Of a DNA stretch of 64,000 nucleotides, positions 61,075 to 64,000 are shown in pieces. The notes below the pieces were generated by a model. That model searched no databases. It had not been told where the DNA came from and saw only the letters and a program-made list of their open reading frames with translations. The translations under genes were made by a program, and so were the position numbers. This stretch comes from Candidatus Tectimicrobiota bacterium (GTDB lineage: Bacteria > JACPUC01), in the NCBI GenBank assembly GCA_016192455.1, contig JACPUC010000019.1, positions 124,001 through 188,000 on the forward strand, read 5' to 3'. Every line of letters begins with the position of its first letter. Position 1 is the stretch's first letter.

Positions 61075-61354
61075 GTTGCGCCGGGCACACCTCTCGGCGG
61101 GCGCCGGGTTGCCTGCGCCCCCCCTGCGCGGGGGTGCTGCCCGGGTAATGGGAGGCGAGGGTTCCGCTCGCAAGAGAGAGTGGGTTCCGGAAGGTGGGGA
61201 CTACCCTGAGGCGGCCGCGCTCTCACAACGCAACGTGCCAAAAGGAGTCAGTAGGGAGTGCGGAGTTTTCCTTTGCCGCGCTCAGCAAGCTATGGTAGAG
61301 TTCGGGAGGAAGCCAACCTCTTCGGCTCCAGAGTTTTCGAAAGGAACGTACGGC

Positions 61355-61723
61355 GTGAATAATAAGCTTTCTCCCAAGGATTTCGAGAAGCTGTCGGAGG
61401 TGGTCACGAAAGCGATTGCCGAATCCCCCCAGGTTCGACGGGTGCTCCGCCGGCTGAAGAAGGACGCCGACTTTGATTTCGACCGTTGCCTCGCCATCGT
61501 GCTGAAAGTCCAGCCGAAGGAGTCAGCCAAGAAGAGCACGAGCAAGAACCCCAGGTCGACTCGGAAGCGCGGCTCCCAGGCACAGCAGCGGCATGCCCCG
61601 TTGCAGTACATCGACGGCTGCCGCTTGACTGAGAACGAGGTCAACTTCGAGGAGTACTGCCGCGAGCGATTCGATTCAAAGCACTGGCTGCGCACTCACG
61701 GGATGCGCCTCGAGCCAGAGTAG
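61355..61723 (+). CDS. Hypothetical protein (~122 aa)
   Basis: GTG start after AAAGGA; protein-like composition in the 3' part of track ORF 60584..61723; TTGCCG-N17-TAGAGT upstream. Confidence 0.6.
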   Translation: MNNKLSPKDFEKLSEVVTKAIAESPQVRRVLRRLKKDADFDFDRCLAIVLKVQPKESAKKSTSKNPRSTRKRGSQAQQRHAPLQYIDGCRLTENEVNFEEYCRERFDSKHWLRTHGMRLEPE

Positions 61724-61845
61724 GCGCCGCTGCTCCGGGGGCGTGCGCCCCGTGTCCCGTGTTGGGTCTCGCGGTGGGAGGTCGGCGCAGAACCCTGAGG
61801 AAGGAGTCCCTGCGAACCCGCCATCGCGCCTTGGCGGAGAGGTTC

Positions 61846-62142
61846 GTGGTGAAGCTGAGCAAGTCAAACGCGCCGGCGATCCTGACGGAGCTTGAGGAGT
61901 TGGCGGCAAAGCTGTGCATCACCGTCCGCTATGTCACCTTTCAGAAGGGCGACGTTCCAGTGCGCAGCGGCTCCTGCCGCGTGCGCAGCGAACCCTTCAT
62001 CATCATTGACCGCAAGCTCAGCCCTGTGGAGCGCGCCGAAGTGCTGGTGGTCGAGCTGGCGAAGTATCCCCTGGAGAGCCACTACCTCCCACCCCGCTGT
62101 CGCACGCTCCTGGAGAGCACCCGACCTCTCCAGCCAGCCTAA
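61846..62142 (+). CDS. Hypothetical protein (~98 aa), ImmA/IrrE-N-like pattern without HExxH
   Basis: LEELAAKL.I.VRY...SGSCRV...FIIIDRKL...E.L..EL; GGAGAGG RBS. Confidence 0.6.
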   Translation: MVKLSKSNAPAILTELEELAAKLCITVRYVTFQKGDVPVRSGSCRVRSEPFIIIDRKLSPVERAEVLVVELAKYPLESHYLPPRCRTLLESTRPLQPA

Positions 62143-62210
62143 GTAATCGCCGTGGACGTGGGTGCCGCTTGCCGCAGCCTCCCGCGACGGGTTGCTGAAG
62201 GTGGTGGGTA

Positions 62211-62798
62211 GTGCTGCCGATTTCCATCTCCGATATGCGCGAGAGTGATCTCGATGAGGTCCTCCGCATCGAATGGTCCGTCTTCCCTGAACCCTGGTCG
62301 CGCGCCTCGTTCCTGCACGAACTTCGCGAGCACGGGGCGGCGCATCTCTATGTGGCGCGCAGTCTGGCCGCAGGCGGGGCCGAGTCGGCGGGTTCGGCGC
62401 GTATCGTCGGCTATGCCGGCATGTGGCTGGTGGTGGACGAGGCGCACATCACCACCCTCGCCACTCATCCCGATTACCGGCGTTGTGGGGTCGCGACGCG
62501 TCTGCTCTGGCACCTCTTCACGGTGGCGCGGCAGTGCCGCTGCGTGCGCGCCACGCTCGAGGTGCGTCCCTCCAATGTTGCGGCTCGCCGGCTCTACGAG
62601 ATCTTCGGCTTCCTGGCTGTCGGGCGACGAAAACGCTACTATGCGAGCAGTGGCGAGGATGCGCTCATCTTGTCGCGGGAGGGCCTGGCGGAATCGAACC
62701 CGCAGGTCGCGGCAGGCGGCTTCCTTGAGAAGTCACGGGGCGGCTGCCGAGCCTCCTTCGCCCCTAACCCCGAACCGATCTTGAGAGAGCTAGACTGA
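62211..62798 (+). CDS. rimI: Ribosomal-protein-alanine N-acetyltransferase RimI-like
   Basis: IE..VF..PWS, EAHITTLATHPDYRRCG, TLEVRPSNVAA..LY..FGF...RKRYY..GEDA. Confidence 0.88.
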   Translation: MLPISISDMRESDLDEVLRIEWSVFPEPWSRASFLHELREHGAAHLYVARSLAAGGAESAGSARIVGYAGMWLVVDEAHITTLATHPDYRRCGVATRLLWHLFTVARQCRCVRATLEVRPSNVAARRLYEIFGFLAVGRRKRYYASSGEDALILSREGLAESNPQVAAGGFLEKSRGGCRASFAPNPEPILRELD

Positions 62799-62802
62799 TC
62801 TT

Positions 62803-63936
62803 ATGCGGCGGTCGACCAGCGCGCACGCGCGCCAGCTTGCACGCGATCTCGAACGGATGACGCTGCTCCTGGAGCTGCACGTCGAGGTGTCGCAGCTCCT
62901 CATGGCCTCCGAGGGTCTTGAGAGTATCTTCGCGAAGGTGCTTGAAAAGGTCACGCTGGCTCTGGGTGGCGAGCGGGCGCGCTTCCTTCGCTATGATCCG
63001 TCGCACGCCAGCATGGTGACCATCGGAGCCACCGAGGGAACCATGCCGGTGCATGAGCGGGTTGCCCCCCTGCGCTGGCTCGAAAACTCAGCCCACGAGC
63101 CCCCTCCCATCGAGCTCTTCCAGGTTCTCCCCGCCGACGGCGGCAGCGGCGGGACGGTGCGGCTCACCCTGAAGCCGGGCCTGAGCTGCGAGATCAACCT
63201 GGGGGGAGCCGACGGCGAGGAGCGCGCCGTCTTTCTCCTTGCCGCCCATCAGCACCTCTACGGCATGATCGTTGTGCATGGCATCGATACCTCGATCACC
63301 TCCCCGCTGGACGTCAAGTACTTCGATGTCCTGGCGAACCTGCTCGCCCTGGGGCTGCGCAACGCCATGACCCTCGAGGAGACGGAGCGCCTAGCCACCC
63401 GCGACGGCTTGACCGGGGTGTTCAACCATCTTTACTTCCAGGAGTTCCTCGACTGGGCGTTGCATCGCTCCAGCCGTGAACGGCATCCGCTCGTCCTGGT
63501 GATGCTCGATATCGACGACTTCAAGAAAGTCAACGACCGCTTTGGCCACCCGACCGGCGATGAGGTGCTCTGCCGGCTGGCGGAGAGCTTGCAGAACGGG
63601 CTGCGGAAAAGCGACATGGTGGCGCGGTACGGCGGCGAGGAGTTCGTCGTGGTGCTGCCCGCAACGACGGCAAAGCGTGCCCAGCAGCTCATGGATCGCA
63701 TCGCCAAAACGGTCCGACATGGGGTGGAGTTCGAGGAGGCGCCGGACTACGTCATCACTGTCTCCTGCGGCATCGCCGAGTGGGAGGCCCAGGAGCCGAT
63801 CTCGAAGCGCGAGCTCATCGCCCGCGCCGATCAGGCCATGTACTACGGCAAGCGCCACGGCAAGAACTGCACCATCATCTGGACCCCAGTGCTCATGGCC
63901 GGAATGGAGACCGAGCAGCGCACGAGTGAGGCGTGA
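62803..63936 (+). CDS. GAF-like sensor diguanylate cyclase
   Basis: DGLTGVFN, DIDDFKKVNDRFGHPTGD, RKSD I-site, RYGGEEF, ADQAMY. Confidence 0.92.
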   Translation: MRRSTSAHARQLARDLERMTLLLELHVEVSQLLMASEGLESIFAKVLEKVTLALGGERARFLRYDPSHASMVTIGATEGTMPVHERVAPLRWLENSAHEPPPIELFQVLPADGGSGGTVRLTLKPGLSCEINLGGADGEERAVFLLAAHQHLYGMIVVHGIDTSITSPLDVKYFDVLANLLALGLRNAMTLEETERLATRDGLTGVFNHLYFQEFLDWALHRSSRERHPLVLVMLDIDDFKKVNDRFGHPTGDEVLCRLAESLQNGLRKSDMVARYGGEEFVVVLPATTAKRAQQLMDRIAKTVRHGVEFEEAPDYVITVSCGIAEWEAQEPISKRELIARADQAMYYGKRHGKNCTIIWTPVLMAGMETEQRTSEA

Positions 63937-64000
63937 GAAGGCCTCGCGGCCAATGGGGAAGGAGTAAGGAGGGCAAGGAAGAGCTGGGGAGAAAACCTCC

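Noticed and set aside
60584-61354. 5' part of the 379-aa track ORF 60584..61723
   Set aside because: Overlaps the zinc-ribbon gene out of frame and is Arg/Pro-rich noise; RBS and promoter support a start at 61355

Overview
GC-rich chromosomal window from a diderm bacterium (LpxC, LolA and RseP present; gene order resembles deltaproteobacteria-like lineages, which is an inference). Most of it is core genome on the minus strand: nnr, pdxJ-folP-ftsH-tilS, tRNA-Met, the nusA-infB-DUF503-rbfA-truB-rpsO-pnp cluster, rseP-lolA-purN, a galE-like epimerase, mutS, tRNA-Glu and tRNA-Gln. Accessory or unusual blocks: (i) a catabolic unit of a LivK-type binding protein, hydantoinase/oxoprolinase A and B (B fused to an acetone-carboxylase-gamma-like Zn domain) and a cysteine hydrolase; (ii) a ~1450-aa secreted Ca-binding/IPT-like protein inserted between pdxJ and nnr; (iii) a DUF4390-NtrY-NtrX operon in which the NtrX-type regulator (intact receiver, degenerate AAA+, Fis-type HTH) is fused in frame to an apparently intact LpxC, the most striking element, suggesting phosphorelay control of the committed step of lipid A synthesis; (iv) a b6f-like Rieske/cytochrome b complex with a 7-heme cytochrome c carrying three near-identical C-terminal domains; (v) a GNAT-GNAT-MshA-like glycosyltransferase-PIG-L deacetylase cluster resembling a mycothiol-like pathway with no MshC in the window; (vi) an orphan flgM with a sigma-28 promoter and a rimI-GAF/GGDEF unit. 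No CRISPR array, integrase, transposase or rRNA was seen. All calls come from motif recognition without database searches; several start codons were re-chosen using RBS context.
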